This document shows positions 27,044-40,242 of a stretch of DNA of 64,000 nt, one piece after another. Under the pieces are notes generated by a model. That model worked only from the letters and a program-made list of their open reading frames with translations, ran no database searches and was not told the DNA's origin. The translations under genes and the position numbers were made by a program. Position 1 is the stretch's first letter, and each line of letters begins with the position of its first letter. Location of the stretch: the NCBI RefSeq assembly GCF_006345805.1, contig NC_043013.1, positions 19,158,001 to 19,222,000 of the forward strand, in the 5' to 3' direction. Origin of the DNA: Octopus sinensis. Lineage: Eukaryota.

Positions 27044-29790
27044 GAAAGAGAGAGAGAGAGAAGGGGGGGATCGTGTGTATGTGTGTATGTATGTCATTAT
27101 TTAGTTTTATTTCAAGATTTCTTGCCAATAGAGAAAGAGCCGGTTTCTAACCTAGATCCAAGGCTCTTTCATCAGAATTTCAACAACGTCTGCGGGATAT
27201 TTTTGCATGTATGTGTGTATACTTGAAGTATTTGTAATCAGAGTTTGTGCAGATTCATATGTTTAGTTTTGTGTATGTATTTTCATGTATATTGTTGCAT
27301 GTCTTGACATGCGCATGTATGCATAAACATATATAAGCCGTAATAACAACGAGCATTTTTAAGACATAAAAGTCCTTGAATTCGATGGCAGGCATAGTTG
27401 TAGGTGATTGTATTCACTGTTCCCACATTACTTGACTTAGGCTGAATAGAAAAGACCTCACGGAATGATCTGATCTTAGAACCTAAGGGGAAAATAACTA
27501 AATAACACATGGCATTTTATCCATCGCCATGCATTGGTTTGAAATTATGAAAAAATGTGTGAAAAAAAAAAGTGAAAGAAGAAAGAATTAAAATGTTTTT
27601 AATTTTAATCTAAATTGGTAACTCTTAGAGATAAATACATATTTTGCGCTTCAATGAAGCGAAACATGTGAATTTGAGAACAGCGGGGTAAAATAGTTCG
27701 GAGGACAGAAGAATATAATTAGCAGAAAAGAATATTATGAAAATACAACGTCAAAAATGGTTTCTCAGCTTTTTAAGTTGCAAACTGTTGTTTAGCTTCA
27801 CCACATACAGATCTCAGTAAAATATTGTGGAACAGGGCTATAATTATGTTTTAAGAGTTAAAATCGAGCAATTGATTGGTTTTATATAGAATTGTGAATT
27901 AGAGAAATAAAAGGAGTATTTCAAGACTTACTTTCACAGATGACTTTATCAGGTTTTAGTTTGTAACCTGGATAACAGAGACAGGTGAAACCCCCGGGTT
28001 TGTTCTGACAGATCTGCGAACATCGATGGACTGGGCTCGCACACTCATCAATATCTGAAGATTAATTATAATACAATAACAAAACAATAAATAAAAATAG
28101 CAATGGAAATAAGCAAAAAGGAAATAGCAACAACAACATCAAGAATAAAAATAAGACAATACAAATGTTAGATATGATATCAGTACAAAGTTGAGAAAGG
28201 AAAATTCTATCATAAGCATACCTTTAGAGATTAATATAGACAACTATCTACAAAGGCCTCATTCAAAGTGTTATTTCCTCAATAATCCCAAGTCACCACT
28301 AAGCGATATTCATTATCATAGGTGCATTATTATAGGCGCAGGAGTGGCTGTGTGGTAAGTAGCTTGTTTACCATCAACATGGTTCCGGGTTCAGTCCCAC
28401 TGCGTGGCACCTTGGGCAAGTGTCCTCTACTATAGCCTCGGACCAACAAATGCCTTGTGAGTGGATTTGGTAGACGGAAACTGAAAGAAGCCCGTCGTAT
28501 ATGTGTATATATATATATATTTGTGTGTGTGTGTTGTGTGTGTGTGTGTGCGTATATGTTTGTGTGTCTGTGTTTGTCCCCCTAGTATTGCTTGACAACC
28601 GATGCTGGTGTGTTTATGTCCCCGTCACTTAGCGGTTCGGCAAAAGCGACCGATAGAATAAGTACTGGGCTTACAAAGAATAAGTCCCGGGATCGAGTTG
28701 CTCGATTAAAGGCGGTGCTCCAGCATGCCCGCTGTCAAATGACTGAAACAAGTAAAAGAGTAAAAGAGAGGGATAGATAAGCATGCAAGCTCCACTACGT
28801 TTAAGAACAGCTCATCTTGAACCACGAACTATAAACAACACTTCTCGTAGATCTTTAACCTCTAAAGACCAATTACCATTGAACACTGATAATTCAAAGA
28901 CTGTTTATCAATGACCGCTGAGCTATAATGACTACTTACCATTATCGTATTTTTAGAGAGATTACAATACTTACCAACACACGAAAAATTGTTGTGGCCG
29001 AGTTCATATCCAGCTGGACAAAAACATTTTATCTGTCCATCCTCAACTTTGCAACCATAACATTTGGTCAAGTTGTATTCGGTGCAATGATCCTTGACTA
29101 TAACAAGAGAAAGAAGAGGTTGAAATAACAGCTTTGAATGAATTGCAAAACACAACCTAAAATACGCATACTCTACACGACCACAATAAATAGATGAAAG
29201 CCTGAAGTAACGCAGGAAACAAAAATTGAAACCCTTAGCTCTACAATGCATATGAATACAAACTTATACGCTTCAAAGATGATACTGCACACACTTTGGG
29301 AACATGCCGGAGCACCTGTATATATATATATATATATGTATATAGTTAATCCAAACATGAAAACACAACAACGCGAGGAGGTGGAGCAAATATAGTATTA
29401 TTGGACGCTCAGGAAGGAAGGGAAGACGGAGGAAAAAAATCGCCAACGGTTCACACGCGGTCGTGTGTGTGTGTGTGTAGAAGGTTGAAAAGGAACACAC
29501 GTGTTGATATATATGGAGAAGAAAGTCAAGATAGAAAATGCTAAAATAATTTTATAAAAAAAAAAATTTCAGTACCGGTTTCAGTTATTGAGACTTTTTC
29601 AACTTTAAGTATGGAAAAACAATTAAATTTAGAAAAATTTTTTAAAAAGTCATTTAAAAAAAAATATTTGTATAGTGTTCATATACAAGTAGCATTTTCC
29701 TTGTTTCTGCCTGTCTCTGTCTCTCTTGTTTACTCTTGTGGTTTCGAGGTCGTTGTGAATTCTTGGTAGGAAAGAAGAAGACTTTTTTCT

Positions 29791-29827
<37 letters not shown>

Positions 29828-30835
29828 ATCCTTTTACTTGTTTCAATCATAAGACTGTGGCCATGTTGGGGAATCGTCTTGAAGAATTTTTAGTCGAATG
29901 AATCGACACTAGTGCTTCTTTTAAAGCCTGGTACCTATCGTATCCAACGCCGATCGTCAAGCGGTGGTCTCACACAAGCATACACGCGCGCGCAGACTTA
30001 TTTCAGTTTCCGTCTACTAAATCCATTCACAAAGCATTACTTGGCCCGAGGCTATAGCAGAAGACACTTGTCCAAGGTGCCACGCAGTGAGACTGAAACT
30101 GGAACCATGTGCTTGGGAAGCAATGAAAATGTAAACAAAAACGACGACGACGATGATGTTGATGATGCTGATGACGACGGTTGTGACGGTGTTCATGGTG
30201 GTGGCGACGACAACGACGACGACGACGACGATAATGATGATGATGGTGGTACTGAATGTGAGGTGGTGGTGGTGGTGTGGTGGTGGTGGTGGGGTCATGA
30301 AGATCAGTGAGTGAGTGAATGAGGGAAACCATTTGCTCTCACCTTTTTCACAAGATTTCTGGTCCTTAGCAAGTTTATAACCTTCAGAACATCCACATTG
30401 GTAACTTCCTTCTATGTTCTCACAAGTCTGTTGACAGCCATTGTCAGGGCTTCTACACTCATCCACATCTGAAACGTTTAATTTAAAGAATTTATTTATC
30501 GGCCATCATACATATCTATACGGCACCTATGTATAGAGTCAAAAGATAAGATCCAAAGAGAAGAAAATGCTTAGACGTAATCAAAAATGATTTGGACTTG
30601 CCGAAATCTTTAACGAGGACTATCTCATAGTGACCCCACATATATATATAGTTCGAATTTACAAAGAACAAAAAACAAAACAAAAAAACAACAACAAAAG
30701 ACGAAGATTGGTGTGCAAACAACAAACAGGTGTATTAATGCTCGGGAAGGTGAGAAAGTCTTTTATGTTTCGAGCCTACGCTCTTCAACAGTTAGGAACA
30801 CGAGAAAATAAACAGGAGAGAGAATAAAAGAAAGC

Positions 30836-30902
<67 letters not shown>

Positions 30903-31008
30903 CTGTGTATACATATATATATATATGTATATAAATATATTGTGTATAAATACATACAAATTTATATATATATATATTTATATACACCAACTTTCTCACC
31001 TATATATA

Positions 31009-31050
<42 letters not shown>

Positions 31051-31225
31051 CGAGCTGGCAGAATCTTTAGCACGCCGGGCGAAATGCCGAGGTCGACTTT
31101 GCTTTTCATCCTTTCGGGGCCGATTAAATAAGTACCAGTTACGCACTAGGGTCGATGTAATCGAGTTAGTCCCTTTGTCTGTTCTTCTTTATCCCCTCTA
31201 TGTTTACCCCTTGTGAGTAATAAAG

Positions 31226-31302
<77 letters not shown>

Positions 31303-31504
31303 TATATAGTTAATCTAAACATGAAGAAAGAGAAAACACAACAAGGCGGGGACGTGGAACAGGTATAGTGTCATTGGACGCTCAGGAAAAGAAAGAAAGA
31401 AAGAAGATTTAACGTTTCGAGCGGAGCTCTTCGTCAGAAACATAGAAAAAGGAAAGGTCCAAGGAAGGGAAAACGGAGAAAGAAAATCGCCAACGATACA
31501 CACG

Positions 31505-31574
<70 letters not shown>

Positions 31575-32023
31575 GTGAGAGAGAGAGAGAGAGAGATAAT
31601 GTCCATGCATACATATATATTTATATATGTATACACACAAACATTGACATATACATTATACAACCGCACACACATTGACATACGCACCACATACCCACTA
31701 GGACACATGACCTACCGTAGCAGTTAACATCATTTGAAAGCTGATATCCCAAATTGCATGCGCATTGATAACTTCCCAGAGTGTTAATACAAATCTGCTG
31801 GCACTTTGATATACCTTTATCACACTCATCAACATCTGTAAAAGATAAAATATTAAAATTTATATTACTTATTACTGTTATACAGACTTATACAGGATGT
31901 ATGTATGAATGTATGTATGTATGTATGTATGTATTAGTGTATGTATGTGTGTATGTATGTATGTATGTATGTATGTATGTATGTATGTATGTATGAAGGT
32001 AGGTAGGTATGTATTTGTGAGTA

Positions 32024-32108
<85 letters not shown>

Positions 32109-33768
32109 GGGAGGAGAGAATGAGATAGAAGGAGCAGAGACAAACACAGACATGCAGATGGATAGGTAGATATAGATATACACATACGCATATAAACATA
32201 CACGCTTGCACGCACACACTACTTATGTATATGCAGATATAGACGTATATATACATCAATCCTGGCATCGATGTATGTATATAGCTACCTTACAGGGTGT
32301 CTCAGAATTAGCAATCTATTTCAGTGAAATTTGACAAATTTTTTAAAATCTCATTTTTATTTATGTTTATTATATTTAATACGTGTTAAAAGTCATCATC
32401 ATCATCATCATCATCATCGTTTAACGTCCGTTTTCCATGGTACCATGGGTTGGACGGTTCGACTGGTATCTGGGAAGCCAGAAGGCTGCACCAGGCTCCA
32501 GTCTGATCTGGCAGTGTTACTACAGCTGGATACCCTTCCTAACGCCAACCACTCCGTAAGTGTAGTGGGTGCTCTTTAGGTGCCGCCGACACAGGTGCCA
32601 GGGGAGGCTAGCAGCGGCCACGATCTGTTGGTGTTAAAAGTGTATACATTTTAAACTTTGTTTATAATTTTACAGTTGTTTTATTGTTTTCTTTTCATCC
32701 CTATAGGATGCTGTTTTTACAATTTGGTTGCAATGATCTCCACCTCCATCTCCAGGATGGAGCAAAAGTTTAACTCATCTTGAAGAACGCATTAATTTTG
32801 GAGTGCGGGACATAACTCCTGAAATGCTTCAAAATGTGTTCCGCAACGCGAAGAAAAGACTTGAAATTTGCAAGTACACAGCCGAAGCTCGTATTGAAAA
32901 TTCCCTATAAGGTTTTTGATACAAGATTTATAAGTCTGTTTGTTTTAGTATCATAATTAAGTTATAAGCATAAAATTCTTTCAGTGATTTTTTTTTTAAG
33001 ATCTACTCGGTTTCATTGAAACAGATGATTCTGTAATTAACGAAACAGATAATTCTGTAATTAACGAAATGTACGAGTATGCAGAGATACTATATCAGAG
33101 TATATGAGAAAATGTAAGAGCACCAGAGTGCAGAGGTATGTTACTCACCCACACATTTATCATTGTATAAACTATAACCGTCCGAACAGTTACAGCGGTA
33201 AGTCAAACCATTGGATGTTTGTAGTTCTGCTGGGACGTCAATACACTGAGCTTCCCCGAGGCAGGGAGACGATGCGCAGCCGTCGTAGTCTACATTACAG
33301 TCCTCACCTGAAAATACACACACATAATTACTGCTGTTGATGTTACTTAAATTTTTATTCAAACTAAGAAGGACAGCCTCGGTAGGGAGTATTTAAACAC
33401 ACACATGCTTGCAATAGAGGGCTCTGTACTAAAGTTTACCCTAAGGACAGTTATGGATTGTTAAACTGGGTGACGAATTAATCCTTTCTTTACGATTTTA
33501 GTTCTTGATTTTTAAACCCCCAGGTCAGATCTGATAGAGCAGACCTGTGATCTAATGTATTCCAACCATGACTCTGCCATCCATATTTTCTCTTTGTGGT
33601 AGTAGTGAATTATATTAACTAGTATGACTTCCATATTGGATAATGTGGAGAAAAATAAAAATAAAAGTAAAACTAAATATTATACACGCACGCACACTCA
33701 CACACACACATACATACACACACATGCATGTGTATATATATATATATATATAATATATATATATATAA

Positions 33769-33804
<36 letters not shown>

Positions 33805-34991
33805 CATACATACATACATACATACATACATCCATATATATATACATACATGCATATACTTTTTACTTACTTTACTTTTTACTTTTACTATATATATATA
33901 TATATATATATACATACATACACTTATCAAAAGATAAAAAAATTCTATTCCCTCTATGCACATATACACACACATTTTCCTTATCTCATATTCATACACT
34001 CACACGCACGCATACGCACACATAATTACACACACACATACACACACTCATACACACAATCTTTTCATTTGAATCGACGACCTAAGTCTAAATATGAGAT
34101 ATGCGATCACTAAATTTTTTCATTCGATGACGTCAACTGATCTTTCACCAGTCTCTGATGACTTCCTTCAAACAGAAACTGACCTACTTATTCTTACCTG
34201 TGTAACCTATATCGCAGTCACATGCCACAATGTGGAAGAGTTCTTGTGTATTGTTCTCGAAGTCACATTGACCATGTTTACAACCAGGGCAGAGAACAAC
34301 CTGGATCTCTTGGATTGGCGCTACGGCATTCTTACTGTCTTTTACGACAATTCTGAAATAGAGACATTGATATACATTATTTAAAACAATTTGATTTAAA
34401 AGGGGCCTGGAAGCCTGCAGAACTTGATGTAGCACTTAATCAAAGTCATCTGTGATGGGACCCATTCACAGGCTTTATCTCTACTACCACACAAGGCTCA
34501 GGGAAGCAATAGGGCAGGAAAGGATGGTGAAGAGAGGATGAGGGATAGAAAAGGAAGAAAGCCAACCCAACCGTTATTAATTACCATTACACTAAGAGAG
34601 AAAAAAACTTTGAAAGGATAATGGAATAAAGGTCACGGGGGCAGAGCCTTAAACCATGAATTTGGGAATTATTGAAAGGGAACAAAGAGCTGTAATTTTG
34701 TAACGATAAGAAAAATTGAATATTAAATATAAGATTAAAAAGTAAAATTATAAAAAAAGAAGTATATTAAGGTGTAAAAATTTTGAAGAAATAAAAAGTA
34801 TATAAAAAAATATTAACATATAGCCGTAGGAGTGGCTGTGTGGTAAGTAGCTTGCTTACCAACCACATGGTTCAGCGTTCTGTCCCACTGCGTGGCACCT
34901 TCAGCAAGTGTCTTCTACTATAGCCTTGGGCCGACCAAAGCCTTGTGAGTAGATTTGGTAGATAGAAACTGAAAGAAGCCCGTCGTATATA

Positions 34992-35065
<74 letters not shown>

Positions 35066-37943
35066 GTGGGTGTGGGTGTGTTTGTGTATCTGTGTTTGTC
35101 CCCCCAAGATCGCTTGACAACCGATGCTGGTGCGCTTACGTCTCCGTAAATTAGCGCTTCGGCAAAAGAGACCGATAGAATAAGTGCTAGGCTTACAAAG
35201 AATAAGTCCTGGGGTCGATTTGCTCGACTAAAGACGGTGCCCCAGCATGGCTACAGCCAAATGACTGAAACAAGTAAAAGAATAAAAGAATAAATTAAAA
35301 AATATGACGATATATAAAATTTATAAAAGGGCTATCAATAAGAATTGGCTGCTAACTAATATAGTTAAACTGTGATTGAAAGTTTAATGATGTAGCATTT
35401 TGCCGAGAGACTAAATGAAAATTCGCTGTTGGTGATGAAAGCAGTAGTAATTTAAACCAGCGAGCTGTATATAACACTTAAAACAGATATACTATTGAAA
35501 GACTTCTAAACTGCTGTATTCATCTCGAGTAAGCATCTGTTATAGACGTATAATGTCAAAAGAAAACACAAAAATATATGAGACCCTCTTTGGTCATGAC
35601 TGACCATGGGATTGCACCTAGAAAGTTACCCTCCCAGGCACAAGTTCGGGCAAGGTTGTTTATGGAAGACCAACAGCCGCGCATGCATACCAGCCTCCCC
35701 TCTCCACGCCAATAGTGTTATCCAAGGGAAAGGCAAAGGTCGATACAGCTTGGCACCTGTGACACCGCAACTCATTTCTGCAGTTAAGTGAACTGGAGCA
35801 ATGTAAAGTAAAGTGTCTTGTTCAAGAACACAACGCTCAGCCCGGTCCATGATTCGTACTCACAACCTCACGATCGTAAGCTCGACGCTCTAGCCACTGA
35901 GCAATGCGCCTTCAAACAAAAATATATAATAAATAAATAATCGAAGCCACTGTTATATGCTGTACTTACTGAATGCTGACAGGTTCAGTGCTGGTGGGTG
36001 TATATATCACATATCCCTTATTGGTCTGGTTGTCATGGTAAATCTCCAAAGACTTGCTGGGCTTTGCCAAAAATGCCTGAGTGTTGTCGTCATCGATCAC
36101 AGTAAAGTTCAGACGTGAAGAAAGCCCGACACTGGCGTACATTACTCTCTTACTCTTGATTTGGGGCGGAGAATTTTCTAGAAGAAATAAATTAAAAAAG
36201 AAAAGAAAAAGAAAAGGAAATGAAAAAGGCACGCAGGTAGATTTAGTCTGTTATGAGTGAATTCTTTTATCGCCTGAGTGAAGATGCGTGGCCTAGTGTT
36301 TAAGGATCATCAGTTCACTATCATAAAACTGTGGGTTCGGTTCGTAGATCGGGCAGTACGTTTTGTCACTGGGCAAGGCACTTTTTTTCATATTGCTCCA
36401 GTTTACTCAGCTAAACCTGGATACCAGGTTAGTATCGGGTCAGCCCACCCACTGTTTGTCTCTCTGTCCCATCGTGGATGTGCCATTAGGTCAAAGAGTG
36501 GGAGAGAGGAGAAGGCGTCTATGCCTACTCACAACTATATAAGCACTTGAGAGAATGGAAACATCTACCAAGCAAGAGGTTGGTAGGTGTTACCAAACGA
36601 TACTCGTTCGCGGTTGGCATTGAATCCCACTCACTCGCCTGCAACCATGCTGGGGTTCCATCATCCAGGATTTTCAACGATTATATCGACCAAATATCGA
36701 TAGCCATTTATCGGACTACTAAGTTCTGTTTCACAGTAAAAAGGAAGAAAAAAGGAAGAAGAAAAGGAACTAATTAACTATTACTATTTTTGAATGAACT
36801 ACCGTTATATCGATAGTTCAACGGTGATCTACACAAATATACATATTCATCTATCTAACTACACACACATACACGCACGTGTGCGCGCGCCCGTATACAT
36901 ATTGGTCAAAGCGTGATGATAGCACAAGCCACTCGGCCAGAGTGCCGCAAAGTGGTATCCAAAACAAATTGTTTTCGATAAATTTTATTTCATAATATCT
37001 CTAGCTTGAATCTTTAATCATTTTTTCAATGAAATTTGATCCACGAAGTTCATAAAATAAATCCCTAATCTTTTCGGGTTGATCACTCAGAATTGAACAA
37101 AAGGAATTCCACATTAAGTAACAAAAAAAAAAAAGTTTAAAAATATTTCAAGGGAAGTTATTCTTGTCCATTTTTATATAAGTTATTTCCCCTGAAAAAA
37201 TTAAAATTTAAAATAGGTGAAAGATATTTAGACATACTTATGATCAAAAGACATTCCAGCCGAGACTATTCCAATTTTTATATTTCAAACTTAATTATCC
37301 AATATTTCTTTCATCCAGGACAGTAGAATCATACGAAAGAATTAGATAATTTTGTTGTTGCTTGATCCCATAACAATCCTGTCTGGGTTGATCAAAGGCA
37401 ACTCCAGCCATGACCACTCCATCAGACTCAGACTCACGGGTACTGAATATTTAAAACTACTTTATCCATGTTCAAAATTGAAGTGATTTAATGGAGATTT
37501 GGCTGCTATTTCTAGCAGTCACATTGACCACATAAACGCGTTAACTCAGATGGTATTGGTGTCAGACTGAATGGATGGTATTTCATAGCAGAATACAGTT
37601 TCCAAGACATCGCCTGTAAACAGTTCCATATGGTAACATAACCATACATTAATATATATATATTTAAACGGCCTGCAAGACTTTCTAAATGGTATGCCTG
37701 GCGAAACATTACCTTGAATTTATTTTAAGTAGTGCGACTAAAATTCTCGCGTATAGTAGCCTATGCCTGCTTTGACGAAGGACACCTGCTAGTAATAACA
37801 GTAGAATTCTGCTTTAAGCACGCCACATAACTCCTCATAAAATATATATATTTTTTTGAATTTTCAGAAAAATTTTGCGGATTTGTATACTGCACACGAC
37901 TATGAAAGATTCACACGAATATGAAAATAATAATAACAATAAC

Positions 37944-38016
<73 letters not shown>

Positions 38017-40161
38017 CTAAAAGAATAATAATTATTTAAATTTTAAAATAGTGGCGTAAGAGTGGCTGTGTGTTAAGTAGCTTGCCTACGAACCACATGG
38101 TTCCAGCTTCAGTCCCACTGCGTGGCACCTTGGGCATTAAGTACTAGGCTTACAAAGAATAAGTCCTGGGGTCGATTTGCTCGACTAAAAGCGTTACTCC
38201 AGCATGGCCGCAGTCAAATGACTGAAACAAGAACAAGTATAAGAGTAAAAATTCGAAATATTCTTTAAATCCCAGTTTAAAATACGGACATTTCGAATTT
38301 TTCGATTAAACCCAACAATAGAATATTAAAATGTGTTTATGGGGAGAAAGCTATTGAAAAACATCAATACGTCAGATTGATAAATAAACGAGGAGTGTAT
38401 GAGTAATCGTGTGATGTGCTAAAAATAACAGCTAAATAGCCCTTAAATCATGTACCAAACTTTTTTGTCCTTTTTGGTTTTTGCATTTTTGCGTAATCGT
38501 ATGAATTCTCGAGTTTAGAATAGAAATTCGCAAAAATTTTCTGAAAATGGATGGAAGCACTCCGTCGGTTACGACGATGAGGGTTCCGAATCAACGAAAC
38601 AGCCTGCTCGTGAAATTAACGTGTAAGTGGCTGAGCACTCCACAGATACGTGCACCCTTAACGTAGTTCTCGGGGATATTCAGCGTGACACAGAGAGTGA
38701 CAAGGCCGGTCCCTTGAAATACAGGTACAACAGAAAGAGGAAGTAAGAGTGAGAGAAAGTTGTGGTGAAAGAGTACAGCAGGGATCACCACCATCCCCTG
38801 TCGGAGCCTCGTGGAGCTTTTAGGTGTGTTCGCTCAATAAACACTCACAACGCCCGGTCTGGGAATCGAAACCGCGAGTCCGCTGCCCTAACCACTGGGC
38901 CATTGCGCCTCCACTTTCTGAAAATAAAAAAAAGTTACGAAGGGCTATATGGTGTACTTAAAGAAGAATACCGCCGAAATAGCAGCCGAGTCTCCACCAA
39001 TTCATTTATTTACTACTCTGCGCTTTGGGTTCGAGCCCTACCGAGTTCATCACTTGCCTTTTTTTTTTTTTTTTTTATATTTTTTCATTTTTTTTTTCAG
39101 GGGATGTTAAAATAAAGCACTAGTCAAACGTCGGAGCAGCCCTTTCTTTATTCTAGCTTGCACATTCTGAATATTCCATGGGGACACAGGAGGAAAACGG
39201 AGTGGGTGTTTGCATCTGCTTTTAATAACAAACGTGTTTAAAACTGTTAATAAAACCATCTTGAGTTTTGTTTTCTTACCTCGAAATTCTGTGTTGGCTT
39301 CAGCAGTTTGCTTGACAATTTTGGTATTTTCGGCTAATTGTTTGATGTTTGTTGTCCAGAGGTCATATAAGCACTCGATGTTATTTCGGCAAAATCGTTT
39401 CGCCTCGCTATCGCTTAATCTTAAGAGTTCTTCCTTGTTGATAAATCTCGGAGTGAAGTTGTCGTGTTTATAGCTGGAAGAATTTTTACCAGCGGCATAA
39501 GTAAAACACGGTTTCTGTGCTTTCCCTGAAGAACAAGAATAGCAATACCACCGTTAGTATGGGAACAAGGAGGTTTAGCAGAGTCGTTTTGGTGTTTTGG
39601 CACCAAGAACCCTGTATACGTATCTATTGACAGAATCGTATATGTGTATTAAGCAGAACGTTATGATTCAGTTCTATATTTAAGAGATGAGGAATTATGT
39701 ACATTATTTACATTATTTACATTCGACGAATATTTGTCCTCATCTTGTTTGTTGCTACCACAAGTGTTTCGGCTGATATACCCTCCAGTCTTCTTCCGGT
39801 GTCTTGTGGAAATTTCGAATCTGGGTTCTCATTCCTAAGGTATCCTTCGATGTTATTATTATTATCATTATTATTATTATTATTATCATTATTATCATCA
39901 TCATCATCATCATCATCATCATTATTATTATCATTATTATTATTATTATTATTATTATCATTATCATCATCATCATCATCATCATCATCATTATTATTAT
40001 TATTATTATTATTGTTGTTGTTGTTGTTGTTCAGGTTACTGCTTGGAATCGAACTCGGAATCTTGGGGCTAGTAGCCCGCGCTCTTAAACACTACGCCAT
40101 ATGCCCGTGGGCATATGGCACAGTGACCTGAACAATAACAACAACAACAATAATAATAATA

Positions 40162-40242
<81 letters not shown>

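Noticed and set aside
29570-29620. Hammerhead-like string on the minus strand (TTGAAAA-AGTC...AACT-GAAAC-CGGTA)
   Set aside because: The core deviates at several positions and stem II is imperfect; at best a decayed relative.
37500-37613. Candidate exon after TTTACAG between the post-vWD and NSPP exons
   Set aside because: The phase-1 frame hits TGA after about 22 codons. Exons 39280 and 36177 join correctly without it.
40041-40106. tRNA gene
   Set aside because: A/B-box-like motifs are present but there is no acceptor stem or full cloverleaf. It is a SINE-type head; the same applies to the other tRNA-like heads in the window.
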